A DNA stretch of 18,633 nt, taken from Candidatus Eiseniibacteriota bacterium (GTDB lineage: Bacteria; Eisenbacteria; RBG-16-71-46; CAZEPH01). The notes under the pieces are model-generated. The model was not told the origin of the DNA and ran no database searches. It saw nothing but the letters and a program-made list of their open reading frames with translations. The stretch covers positions 1-18,633 of the forward strand of contig JBGATO010000070.1 of NCBI GenBank assembly GCA_044229145.1. The letters run 5' to 3'. Shown here piece after piece: positions 1 to 8,326 of the stretch (its first letter is position 1; every line of letters begins with the position of its first letter). The translations under genes and the position numbers were made by a program.

Positions 1-801
1 CAGTTCCTCCCGGATATAGCCCATATAGCGCAAGATCTGGCCGACGACTGCGTCGCTCGCTCTTCCCTTCTTCAACTCGACGACCAAGAGCCGCCGACGA
101 TCCTTGCTCACGGCCAAAATGTCGAGCGGGCCAGTGTCGGTGAGAAACTGCTGCCCTGTTTCACCTTCCTCTTCATAAATATCGAAATCCGCACCGAGTT
201 CGGTCCGCGCCCAATTGCGAATCAAGAAGTCCTCTAGGTGCTTCTCGAGTACGAACGACGCTTCATCCTCGACTGTGGAATCGGACACGCCTGCGACGCG
301 AGAGTCTGCTCCACTGTTCGTCAGCCGTTCGATTTCGTCTTTGTGCGCGGTGATTGCGTTGGGTCCGACGACAGTGAGCCCGACTCTGGTGGAAGCTTGA
401 AGCGCCTCGCTCATGGCGCTCCGGGCGACTCGCACATCGAGCCACTTGACGGGACGCCGGTGCGGGAGAATCTGTCCGCTCGCATAGACATAGTCGCCGG
501 TTATTTCCGCGACGTGATAGAAACCCGAACCATCCGGGCACAAGACGCGGTCTCCGACCTGCATGTTCACGGACAGCGTCCAGAGCGCGCCACACGCAAG
601 ACCGGCGCCGATCTTGGTCGCCGCCGGGTGAGCTTTGAGATACAGGGGCACACACGCCCGGTTGAACTCGCGCCAGTTCTCGGTGCGAAATGCTATCAGG
701 TCCTGCTCCACGTCGAAGTCGACGCCAACGAAGTTGCCCTCGAAGCACTCCGTTGCATACGCGCTCTTTGCCCCGAGCATCAAACGATAGTAGTTCGGCA
801 T
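1..801 (-). CDS. Endonuclease NucS-like (PD-(D/E)XK) domain protein with N-terminal PUA/EVE/Mrr-N-like domain; 3' end outside the window
   Basis: Manual translation from ATG at 801 (GGAG at 807-810) is open to base 1: MPNYYRLMLGAKS...VGDRVLCPDGSG...ITGDYVY...PHRRPVKWL...FVLEKHLEDFLIRNW...TDTGPLDILAVSKDRRRLLVVELKKGRASDAVVGQILRYMGYIREEL. The E..D..ExK..QxxRY pattern is the NucS/EndoMS-type catalytic signature. Confidence 0.85.
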   Translation of the reverse strand, partial: MPNYYRLMLGAKSAYATECFEGNFVGVDFDVEQDLIAFRTENWREFNRACVPLYLKAHPAATKIGAGLACGALWTLSVNMQVGDRVLCPDGSGFYHVAEITGDYVYASGQILPHRRPVKWLDVRVARSAMSEALQASTRVGLTVVGPNAITAHKDEIERLTNSGADSRVAGVSDSTVEDEASFVLEKHLEDFLIRNWARTELGADFDIYEEEGETGQQFLTDTGPLDILAVSKDRRRLLVVELKKGRASDAVVGQILRYMGYIREEL

Positions 802-852
802 GTCGACTCCATCTGGAGAGCTGGATTCTGCTGCGAAAGGCCTGCGCACACG

Positions 853-2562
853 TCAATGCATCGGCGCCGTCCCGATCACCGCGCCGCTCACGCTCCACGC
901 GCTGAAACTCTCGCCTTCTGGTTTGCCTTGCGGGATCGCCACGCGGACGACGTGACGGCCGGGCGCGAGATCGCCGAGCGGCACGATGGACGGATCCACC
1001 GGCGTGCCGGGGCACCAGCCACTGCGGCTGAAGTCGCTCGACGACAGGCCGTTCCAGAAGTTGCCGCTGGCCGGATTGACGCGGCGGAAGTTGACGCAGT
1101 CGCTCCGCCACGGCACGAAGCGCGCGACCAGCGCGTCGTCGCACCAGATGCTCGACGGCTTCGGCACGAATTCGTCGCCGGTGTCCCAGCCGCCGTGGCC
1201 GGTGACGATGTAGCGCAGCCGCGCGTCGCGCAGCGTGTCGGCAACGTCAAACGCCACGCTCAACGTGTCCGCGCCGAACAGCCGCCCGTACTCCTGTCCC
1301 GCCATCTCCATCACGTTGCAGGTGTTGAACAGCGGCAGCACGACGCGGCGAGGCGCCGCCGTGGCGCGCACGGTGCGTTCGTTCGGGTGATAGCGCAGGC
1401 GCAAGCTGAGGCGATGCCCACCGCGATCGTAGTTGCCAATGAACGCGCCGATCCACACGTCGCCGCCGAGCGCCGGGAGCAGGTCGGTCACGTCCTCGAC
1501 GTATGACGCCGAGTCCGCCCACGTGAGGCCGGCGACCTTCACCTTCGCGTTGTAGAAGCCGACGCCGAACGGCGTGATGAAGCGCATCACCTCAAGCGGC
1601 GGCGCGTACGCCGGCGTCGCGATCATCCCCTGATACGACTTGCCGTCGCGGCCGGCGAACGCGGGCAGCACACCGACGCTGTCGCGCAACGCGTCGAGCA
1701 ACGAGACGGCGCGGTCCGTCGGCACCACGAAGATCGAGCCGGTACGATCGTACGCATCACCGTTCGACCATGTCGTGAGGTCGGCGAACACCGTGGCGTC
1801 GTCGAGACGCGGCAGATGCACGCGGCGCAGCGCGATGGTGCCACGCGCCGCGTGCACGACCACGGACGACTCGGCCGGAAACGCACGCGGCCGCGGCAGG
1901 TCGCCGTCGAAGAAGATCTGCGCGTGGTCGAACACCGGCACCGTCGTGATGAAGCCGTCGGTTACGCGGGCGCGGTACGTCGCGGCGTCCACCGCGTCGC
2001 CCCATGCACGCGGCAAGGCGAGAGCCGGCCCGCGCGCCGCGGAAATCCCGCGCGCCACCACCTCGAACGTGCCGTTGCGCACCATGCGCAGCACGAGGCC
2101 GCGCGGCGCGACGAGATGGAGCAGCGGCGTCCCTCGCACGCCGGCCGCTTCCGTGTACCACACGTCGATGTGGTTCGAGCGGATGGTCGTCGTCGCCTTC
2201 ACGCAGTCGTAGCCGAGGATCGTCGCGTGTTCGTCGGTGACGGTGAGCGGCGGCAACGAATCGAACGCGGTGACCACGGTGCACGACGCGCCGCCCGCGA
2301 ACACGGCGTTCTGGAACGTCTGCCGGCCTTGGAACGACAGCCAGCCGGTCTCGTCCGGCGTGTGCGGCACCGGCGTGCCGGCGCGCTCGACGCGGACACG
2401 CGCCAACGCCGGCGTGCAGGTGACGACGATCGCGCCCTCGTCGGGCTGCTCCTCGCCGTTGAACAACGTGACGTACCGCACGGTGGCGGCGGTGAAGCGT
2501 TGCGCGGCGACGCATGGCGCGGCAAGCGCCAGCAGACCGGCAACCAAAACGGCGCGCCTCAT
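853..2562 (-). CDS. Peptide-N-glycosidase F family protein (PNGase F-II-like, with an N-terminal GLPGLI-like domain), secreted
   Basis: Signal peptide MRRAVLVAGLLALAAPCVAA-Q. N-terminal TILGYDCVKAT...VWYT motif. PNGase F motifs NGDAYDRTGS, LEVMRFITPFGVG, DVTDL, TGHGGWDTGDEF and SRSGWCPG. Confidence 0.88.
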   Translation of the reverse strand: MRRAVLVAGLLALAAPCVAAQRFTAATVRYVTLFNGEEQPDEGAIVVTCTPALARVRVERAGTPVPHTPDETGWLSFQGRQTFQNAVFAGGASCTVVTAFDSLPPLTVTDEHATILGYDCVKATTTIRSNHIDVWYTEAAGVRGTPLLHLVAPRGLVLRMVRNGTFEVVARGISAARGPALALPRAWGDAVDAATYRARVTDGFITTVPVFDHAQIFFDGDLPRPRAFPAESSVVVHAARGTIALRRVHLPRLDDATVFADLTTWSNGDAYDRTGSIFVVPTDRAVSLLDALRDSVGVLPAFAGRDGKSYQGMIATPAYAPPLEVMRFITPFGVGFYNAKVKVAGLTWADSASYVEDVTDLLPALGGDVWIGAFIGNYDRGGHRLSLRLRYHPNERTVRATAAPRRVVLPLFNTCNVMEMAGQEYGRLFGADTLSVAFDVADTLRDARLRYIVTGHGGWDTGDEFVPKPSSIWCDDALVARFVPWRSDCVNFRRVNPASGNFWNGLSSSDFSRSGWCPGTPVDPSIVPLGDLAPGRHVVRVAIPQGKPEGESFSAWSVSGAVIGTAPMH

Positions 2563-3839
2563 TCGAGCCCGCCTTCCGGCGCGAGATGCGCCTCACCGCG
2601 ACTCACCACGACGGCCGCCGCAAGATCGCCCGTGACGTTGAGCGTCGTACGGCACATGTCGAGGAAGCGGTCGACGCCGAGGATCATGCCGATGCCCTCC
2701 GCCGGCACGCCGAGCATCCCGAGGATCATCATCACGACCGGAATCGAGCCGGCCGGCACGCCGGCGGTGCCGATGCCGCCGAGCACGCAGATCATCAGCA
2801 CCATCAACTGCTGTCCGAGGGCCAAGTGCACGCCGTAGAACTGTGCGAGGAACAGCACCGTCACACCTTCGAACAGCGCCGTGCCATTCTGATTCGCGGT
2901 GGAGCCGATGGTCAGCACGAAGCGGCTGACGTGCGGCGGCAAGCGCAGATTCTCTTCGGCGACGAGCAGGGCCGTCGGCAGCGTCGCGTTGGACGATGCG
3001 GTAGAGAACGCGGTGAGCATCGCAGGCCGCACCCCGGCAAAGAACCGCCGCGGACTCATCCCCCCGAGCAGCTTCACGCTCAGCGAATACACGCCGAACT
3101 GGTGCAGCGCGAGTCCGAGCAACACGACGAGGACGTACATCCCGAGCTGCCGCAGCACGTCGTAACCGAGCCGCGCGGTGAGTGTGAACAACAACGCGCC
3201 AACGCACAGCGGCGCCATCTGGATCACCATGTTGATGAGCGTCTGCACGACGTCGTACAACCCTTCGAGGGCGTCGCGAAACCGCGAGGCCGCCTCGGTG
3301 CGCGTCACCGCCAACCCGATGCCGAGGAAGAGCGAGAAGAACATCACGGCGAGCATGTCGCCGCCCGCCATCGCCTTGACCGGATTGTCGGGCACGATGC
3401 CGACCAGCAGTTCGATGCCCGATTTCGGCATGTCGCCCGCCTTCGGCATCATCGCCGCACCGGCCGCCGCGTTCTTCGCCAGCGTGGCGCGCAGCTCCGG
3501 CGACAAGCCGCTCCCCGGCTGCAGCACGTTCACCAGCGTCAGTCCGATCAACACCGCGAGGAACGACACGCCGACCGTGTATGCGAGCGTCTTGAGTCCG
3601 ATGCGGCCGAGCGTCCGCATGTCGCCGAGCCCGACCACGCCCAGCGCCAGCGCCGACACGATGAGCGGAATCACCAACATGAACAGCAGGCGCAGGAACA
3701 CCTTGCCGAGCGGATCGGTGACGTGGCTGATGAACCACGCGAGCTGCGGCGCGTCGCGCCATAGGATGTGACTGGCGATCCCGAGGATCGCGCCGGCCAC
3801 CAGGCCGGCCAGCATGCGGACGGAGAGGGATGAGGTCAT
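2559..3839 (-). CDS. Dicarboxylate/amino acid:cation symporter (DAACS, GltP/DctA family)
   Basis: Multi-pass membrane protein with FLRLLFMLVIPLI, AFSTASSNATLP, GSTANQNGTALFE, GTAGVPAG and GVDRFLDMCRTTLNVTGD. Stop overlaps the PNGase start (ATGA). Confidence 0.95.
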   Translation of the reverse strand: MTSSLSVRMLAGLVAGAILGIASHILWRDAPQLAWFISHVTDPLGKVFLRLLFMLVIPLIVSALALGVVGLGDMRTLGRIGLKTLAYTVGVSFLAVLIGLTLVNVLQPGSGLSPELRATLAKNAAAGAAMMPKAGDMPKSGIELLVGIVPDNPVKAMAGGDMLAVMFFSLFLGIGLAVTRTEAASRFRDALEGLYDVVQTLINMVIQMAPLCVGALLFTLTARLGYDVLRQLGMYVLVVLLGLALHQFGVYSLSVKLLGGMSPRRFFAGVRPAMLTAFSTASSNATLPTALLVAEENLRLPPHVSRFVLTIGSTANQNGTALFEGVTVLFLAQFYGVHLALGQQLMVLMICVLGGIGTAGVPAGSIPVVMMILGMLGVPAEGIGMILGVDRFLDMCRTTLNVTGDLAAAVVVSRGEAHLAPEGGLE

Positions 3840-3873
3840 GGCGGCGGAGTATGCCGCGCGGACGAGCGCGGCG

Positions 3874-4875
3874 CTAGCTGCTGCGCGTCTCGAGCCGCGC
3901 GAGATCGTCCCGGGAGCCGAGTGCCACCAAGACGTCGCCGGCGGCCAGCGCCTCGCTCGGGCGTGGGGTGGGCACCAGCGTGCCGCCGCGGCGCTTCAAT
4001 GCGAGGATGGTCACCGACCCGTCGCCGCCCGGATGCAGGTCGGCGAGCCGCATGCCCACCAGCTCGGAATCCGCTTCGACCTCGATCTCCTCGAGCCACA
4101 ACGACTCGTCACCGCTTTGCACCAAGAACTCCATGAAGTCGATCACGGTTGGCCGCAGGAGTAGATTGGCCAGCCGGAGGCCGCCGAGCGAGGCCGGCGT
4201 GATGGCGCGGTTGGCGCCGGCGCGCAACAACTTGTGTTCGTCGTCCTGGTGGATGGCCCGCGCGACGATCTGCACGCGATCGTTGAGCGAGCGTGCCGAG
4301 AGTGTGACGAACACGTTGATCGCGTCGCTCGACGTGCAGACGACGACGCCGCGCGCGCGTTCGATCCCAGCCGCGCGCAGGACGTCGTCGTGCGAGGCAT
4401 CGCCGTGGAGCACCGGAATCTCGCGTGCGATCAGATCCGCGGTATGCTCGTCGCTGGGCTCGATCACGACGAGTGGTGTGCCGTGCCGTTCCACTTCGCG
4501 CACCACTTCCTGCCCGACGCGGCCGTAGCCGCAGACGATCACGTGATCGCGCAATTCCGCGAGCATCTGCTTCACACGCCTCTCCCTGCGCCGTCCGGCG
4601 AAAGCGTCCATCGACGACTCCGCGAGCGCGATCAAGAACGAGAACAACGTCCCGACACCACCGGCGATCAACACAAGCGTGAGGATCTTCCCCGCCGCGG
4701 TCGCCGGCTGATGTGCTCCAAACCCGAGTGTCGCGATGATGAGCACCGTCGCGTACAGCGCGTCGAACACATGCCAGCCTTCGGCGAGCGCGAGCCCAAG
4801 CGTGCCCACCACGAGCGTGACGGCGAGCGCCGCCAGCGCGATGGACAGACGCCGATGAGGGTCGAGGGTCAACAT
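3874..4875 (-). CDS. Potassium channel family protein (2TM pore + TrkA-N/TrkA-C RCK domains, MthK-like)
   Basis: TM-pore-TM with filter IATLGFG, Rossmann motif HVIVCGYGRVG, HGDAS..VLRAAGIERA, and C-terminal TrkA-C. Start placed at ATG 4875; the ORF track extends to 4911. Confidence 0.9.
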   Translation of the reverse strand: MLTLDPHRRLSIALAALAVTLVVGTLGLALAEGWHVFDALYATVLIIATLGFGAHQPATAAGKILTLVLIAGGVGTLFSFLIALAESSMDAFAGRRRERRVKQMLAELRDHVIVCGYGRVGQEVVREVERHGTPLVVIEPSDEHTADLIAREIPVLHGDASHDDVLRAAGIERARGVVVCTSSDAINVFVTLSARSLNDRVQIVARAIHQDDEHKLLRAGANRAITPASLGGLRLANLLLRPTVIDFMEFLVQSGDESLWLEEIEVEADSELVGMRLADLHPGGDGSVTILALKRRGGTLVPTPRPSEALAAGDVLVALGSRDDLARLETRSS

Positions 4876-4926
4876 TGAGGGCACTTCGGGCCGCGCGCTC
4901 CGGGAAAGCACCGAGACACGCCGCGC

Positions 4927-4954
4927 ATGCTACTCCGAAAAAAGTGTGCGTCAA
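4927..4954 (-). promoter_or_regulatory. Putative sigma70-type promoter for the K+ channel/DAACS/PNGase cluster
   Basis: Minus strand reads TTGACG-N16-TAGCAT with a T-rich spacer in an otherwise GC-rich region, about 50 nt upstream of ATG 4875. Confidence 0.6.
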
Positions 4955-5030
4955 TGCATCCGCTGGCGTGAAAATCGCGTATGGTCTGGGCCTCGCAGTT
5001 CGGCCCCATCCGTTCAGGAGATGCATAGCC

Positions 5031-5603
5031 ATGACCCTCGTCTCTCGTCTTGCCGCGACCGCGGTCGCGACCGGCGCCGTCTTGCTCGCCCCCTGGGCGA
5101 TGGGGGCCGCGCCGCACAAGAGCACCCACGCCGCCATGCCGCACGATGCGGTCAAGCACGGCCAGTATCTCGCCACCGTCATGGGCTGTGGCGACTGCCA
5201 CACGCCCGGCACACTGTACGGATCGCCCGACCACGATCGCGCGCTGTCCGGCAGCGAACTCGGGTGGCAAGGACCGTGGGGCGTCACCTACGCACGCAAC
5301 CTGACGTCCGACAAAGAGACCGGCATCGGCTCGTGGACCGCGGAGCAGATCACGCAGGCGCTGCGTTCGGGCCAGCGGCCAGACGGCACGCAGTTGCGCC
5401 CGCCGATGCCGTGGCCGGATTTCTCGCAGCTGAACGACGCCGACATGAAGGACCTGGTGGCGTATCTCCAGAGCCTGCCGCCCGTGCATCACAAGGTGCC
5501 GGACGCGTTGCCGCCGGGCCAGACCGCTCCGGCCGGATCGTCGGCGCTGGTGATGCCGCCGCCTCCGGCGTGGGACGTGCAGCACATGCAGGGCGGCAAG
5601 TAG
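5031..5603 (+). CDS. Periplasmic monoheme c-type cytochrome
   Basis: AGGAG at 5016-5020; signal peptide; heme motif CGDCH; GPWGVTYARNLTSDKETGIGSWT; PPMPW (axial Met). Resembles one heme domain of dehydrogenase cytochrome c subunits. Confidence 0.9.
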   Translation: MTLVSRLAATAVATGAVLLAPWAMGAAPHKSTHAAMPHDAVKHGQYLATVMGCGDCHTPGTLYGSPDHDRALSGSELGWQGPWGVTYARNLTSDKETGIGSWTAEQITQALRSGQRPDGTQLRPPMPWPDFSQLNDADMKDLVAYLQSLPPVHHKVPDALPPGQTAPAGSSALVMPPPPAWDVQHMQGGK

Positions 5604-5629
5604 TCGCCGCACCGCGCACGACGTACACT

Positions 5630-5664
5630 GACGGCCCGCCCGGCTCGCGCCGCGGCGGGCCGTC
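5630..5664 (+). terminator. GC-rich stem-loop between cytochrome c and dehydrogenase genes (terminator, pause or stability hairpin)
   Basis: GACGGCCCGCC (5630-5640) pairs perfectly with GGCGGGCCGTC (5654-5664). No U-tract follows. Confidence 0.4.
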
Positions 5665-5689
5665 GTGCATTCGCCCGGGAGATGCTGTC

Positions 5690-6841
5690 ATGCGACTCGC
5701 CACGCTCGCCCTCGTCTTCGCCGTGACGTGCAGTGCCGGCAGCGCCGGGTGCGCGCCGTCGCATTCCGACGTCACGTACGCACCGTGGTCCGGCGCGGGG
5801 TTGCGCACGGTGGCGCGCGGCCTCGACCAACCGGTGCACCTCACCCACGCGCCCAGCGATAGCACGCGGCTCTTCGTCGTCGAACAAAGCGGGCGCATCC
5901 GCGTCATCGAAGGCGACTCCCTGCGCGCCGAACCCTTCCTCGACCTCGCGGATTCGATATCCAGCGGTGGCGAACGCGGGCTGCTCAGCGTTGCGTTCCA
6001 TCCGCGCTACGCCGACAACGGCTTCTTCTACGTCGACTTCACCGACCCGCACGGCGACACGCACATCACGCGCTTCCATCGCGGCGCCGACGCCGCCCAC
6101 GCCGATCCCGCGAGCGGCACACTCCTGCTGGCGATCGACCAGCCGTACGCCAACCACAACGGCGGCCTGGTCACGTTCGGCCCCGACGGCATGCTGTACG
6201 TGGGCATGGGCGATGGCGGCAGCGGCGGCGATCCGCAGGGCAACGGTCAGAACCCGCGCACGCTGCTCGGTAAGCTGCTGCGTCTCGATGTCGACGGCGG
6301 CGTGCCGTATGCGATCCCGCGCGACAATCCGTTTGCCGACGGCGCGCGGGGCCGGCCGGAAATCTGGGCGCTCGGGCTGCGCAATCCGTGGCGGTACAGT
6401 TTCGACCCGCCGAGCGGGCTGCTCTACATCGCCGACGTCGGGCAGAACAAGTGGGAGGAGATCGATGCGGTGCCGGCAGGCCGCGCCGGGCTCAACTTCG
6501 GATGGAATGTGCGCGAGGGATTGCACAGCTACACCGGCGGCAGCGCCACCGGTTTCGTCGAGCCGGTGGACGAGTACGGCCATGACATCGGCTGCTCGGT
6601 GACCGGTGGCGTGGTGTATCGCGGCCGCGCCGTTCCCGCGCTCGTCGGGCAGTACGTCTACGGCGACTACTGCAGCGGCTGGATCCGCAGCCTCCACTAC
6701 GACGGCTCGGCGGTGCGCGACCGGCGCGCGTGGCAAGGCGTCGCGGCACCCGGCCTGACCTCGTTCGGCACCGACGCGCGCGGCGAACTGTACGTCGTGC
6801 AGCACGACGGCACGGTCTCGCGCGTCGTCGCCGCACCGTGA
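5690..6841 (+). CDS. PQQ-dependent sugar dehydrogenase (glucose/sorbosone dehydrogenase, GSDH family), probably a lipoprotein
   Basis: Start ATG 5690 after GGGAG; possible lipobox SAGC. Motifs GERGLLSVAFHP, NHNGGLVTFGPDGMLYVGMGDGG, LGKLLRLDVD, GLRNPWR, DVGQNKWEEID and CSVTGG. Confidence 0.92.
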   Translation: MRLATLALVFAVTCSAGSAGCAPSHSDVTYAPWSGAGLRTVARGLDQPVHLTHAPSDSTRLFVVEQSGRIRVIEGDSLRAEPFLDLADSISSGGERGLLSVAFHPRYADNGFFYVDFTDPHGDTHITRFHRGADAAHADPASGTLLLAIDQPYANHNGGLVTFGPDGMLYVGMGDGGSGGDPQGNGQNPRTLLGKLLRLDVDGGVPYAIPRDNPFADGARGRPEIWALGLRNPWRYSFDPPSGLLYIADVGQNKWEEIDAVPAGRAGLNFGWNVREGLHSYTGGSATGFVEPVDEYGHDIGCSVTGGVVYRGRAVPALVGQYVYGDYCSGWIRSLHYDGSAVRDRRAWQGVAAPGLTSFGTDARGELYVVQHDGTVSRVVAAP

Positions 6842-6969
6842 GCGCGATTTACCTCCGAAGGCGATTCGCCGCTACCCCTCCCGCGCCGTGGCCGCCCGCG
6901 GCGTGACGCGCCGACAATGGAGAAGTAGGCGGACGCGCGAGCAGACGCCCGCCTCGGCAGGAGGTCACA

Positions 6970-7227
6970 ATGAAGCGCACGGTGGGTGAAGCCCTGGTGG
7001 GCTGGGCCGAGTTGGTCGGAGGATGGCTCGCCGTCGTCCTCACGCCTTTCGCGATCTTCGTGCTCAGCTTGGGCGCGGGATTCTATCTCGGCTGCAACGT
7101 GTTCCACATTCCGGCCGGCTACGCGGCCGCGCTCGGCTTGATCGTCGGTCTGACGTTGGCGGCGATCGGCGAACGCCTCTACGTGGCGATCTGGAATACC
7201 GCGCTGCGCCTGCGTCACCACCACTAA
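6970..7227 (+). CDS. Small hypothetical membrane protein (2-3 TM)
   Basis: GGAGG before the ATG, hydrophobic segments and GC3-biased codons. Its stop overlaps the stop of the convergent Rieske gene. Confidence 0.65.
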   Translation: MKRTVGEALVGWAELVGGWLAVVLTPFAIFVLSLGAGFYLGCNVFHIPAGYAAALGLIVGLTLAAIGERLYVAIWNTALRLRHHH

Positions 7228-8318
7228 CCGTCGCGCAGCATCGTCTCCAGCGAGCGGTGAAAATGATGGACGCCGGTCTCGCGAGTCGGTGAGTAGCGCC
7301 CGCGATCGTAGAATCGCGATCGCACGCCGCGCTGCACCGCCTCCACGACTGCTTCGTCCTCCAATTCGACTTGATGCAGCCCGTCGCCAGCGCTGCCGGC
7401 GCGCAACGCCGAATCGCGAACGTACGAGAGGAACCGTACCCGCGTGCGAGTCAGCGCGACGGGCTGCACAAGGTTGATCGACACTCCCCACGGGTAAAAG
7501 TTGAGCATCGTGCCCGGGAAGAGGAAGAAGTAGAACGCGGCCACGCGCTGGCCGTGATTGGGGTGTCCTTCCGGCAGTTCGAACGCCACCGCGCCCTCTT
7601 CGGCGATCCCGGTTTGCAGGCTGACCCACGGGAAGAGTTCGGTGCGATAGCTGCCGTAGTCGAGCACCGCGTTGAGCGCGTCGTGCACGAACGGAATGTG
7701 GAAGCCCTCGAGGAAGTTGTCGCAGTAGAGCATCCAGTTGGCGGGGACGTCGTAGTCGTGCGAGGTCGCGGCGTCGAAGCGCAGCGCGTCGAGGTCGAGG
7801 AAGCCGACGCGCTCGCGAAGCGGTCGCAGCAGGTCGTCAAACGACATCGCCGGGTCCGCGCTCGCAAACACGAATGGGCCGAGTCGCGCATGCGGCACCT
7901 GCGCGAGCGAATCGCACGGACGCGGAAAGTCGCGCGCCTGCTCGAACTCCGGCATCGACTGGAACGCACCGTCGAGCGCGAAGCGGCGGCCGTGATAGCG
8001 GCAGCGCAGGCTGCGTTGCGCGCGCGCGTCCTCGACCAGCACCGCGCCGCGATGCGTGCAGACATTGGAGAGCACGCGCACGTCGCCGGCGGCGTCGCGC
8101 GTCAACACACACGGTTCGTCGAGCGCGCCCGGCAGCAGCACGCGCGGCAGCACGGACTCGCCCGCCGGCAACTCGCCCGCGTGCGCGAGCATGTGCCAGG
8201 TGCGCGCCAGCACGCGCTCGCGGATGCGCGCATGCCACGCGTCGCTCGCGTACACGCGGGCCGGCAGCGTCTCCGCGCGCGTGATGTCCGGGTCGATGGT
8301 GAAGGTGTCTGCGTGCAT
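7224..8318 (-). CDS. Rieske non-heme iron oxygenase alpha subunit (choline/carnitine monooxygenase-like)
   Basis: Start ATG 8318 after GAGGGAG. Rieske ligands NVCTHRG...CRYHG; mononuclear Fe site ANWMLYCDNFLEGFHIPFVH; EDEAVVEAVQRG...GVHHFH. Confidence 0.92.
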   Translation of the reverse strand: MHADTFTIDPDITRAETLPARVYASDAWHARIRERVLARTWHMLAHAGELPAGESVLPRVLLPGALDEPCVLTRDAAGDVRVLSNVCTHRGAVLVEDARAQRSLRCRYHGRRFALDGAFQSMPEFEQARDFPRPCDSLAQVPHARLGPFVFASADPAMSFDDLLRPLRERVGFLDLDALRFDAATSHDYDVPANWMLYCDNFLEGFHIPFVHDALNAVLDYGSYRTELFPWVSLQTGIAEEGAVAFELPEGHPNHGQRVAAFYFFLFPGTMLNFYPWGVSINLVQPVALTRTRVRFLSYVRDSALRAGSAGDGLHQVELEDEAVVEAVQRGVRSRFYDRGRYSPTRETGVHHFHRSLETMLRDG

Positions 8319-8326
8319 CGTCTCCC

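Noticed and set aside
4946..6841. 631-aa ORF suggesting a cytochrome-dehydrogenase fusion
   Set aside because: The cytochrome is in a different frame with its own stop at 5603. The upstream 248 codons are shadow sequence, and the dehydrogenase has its own RBS and signal peptide at 5690.
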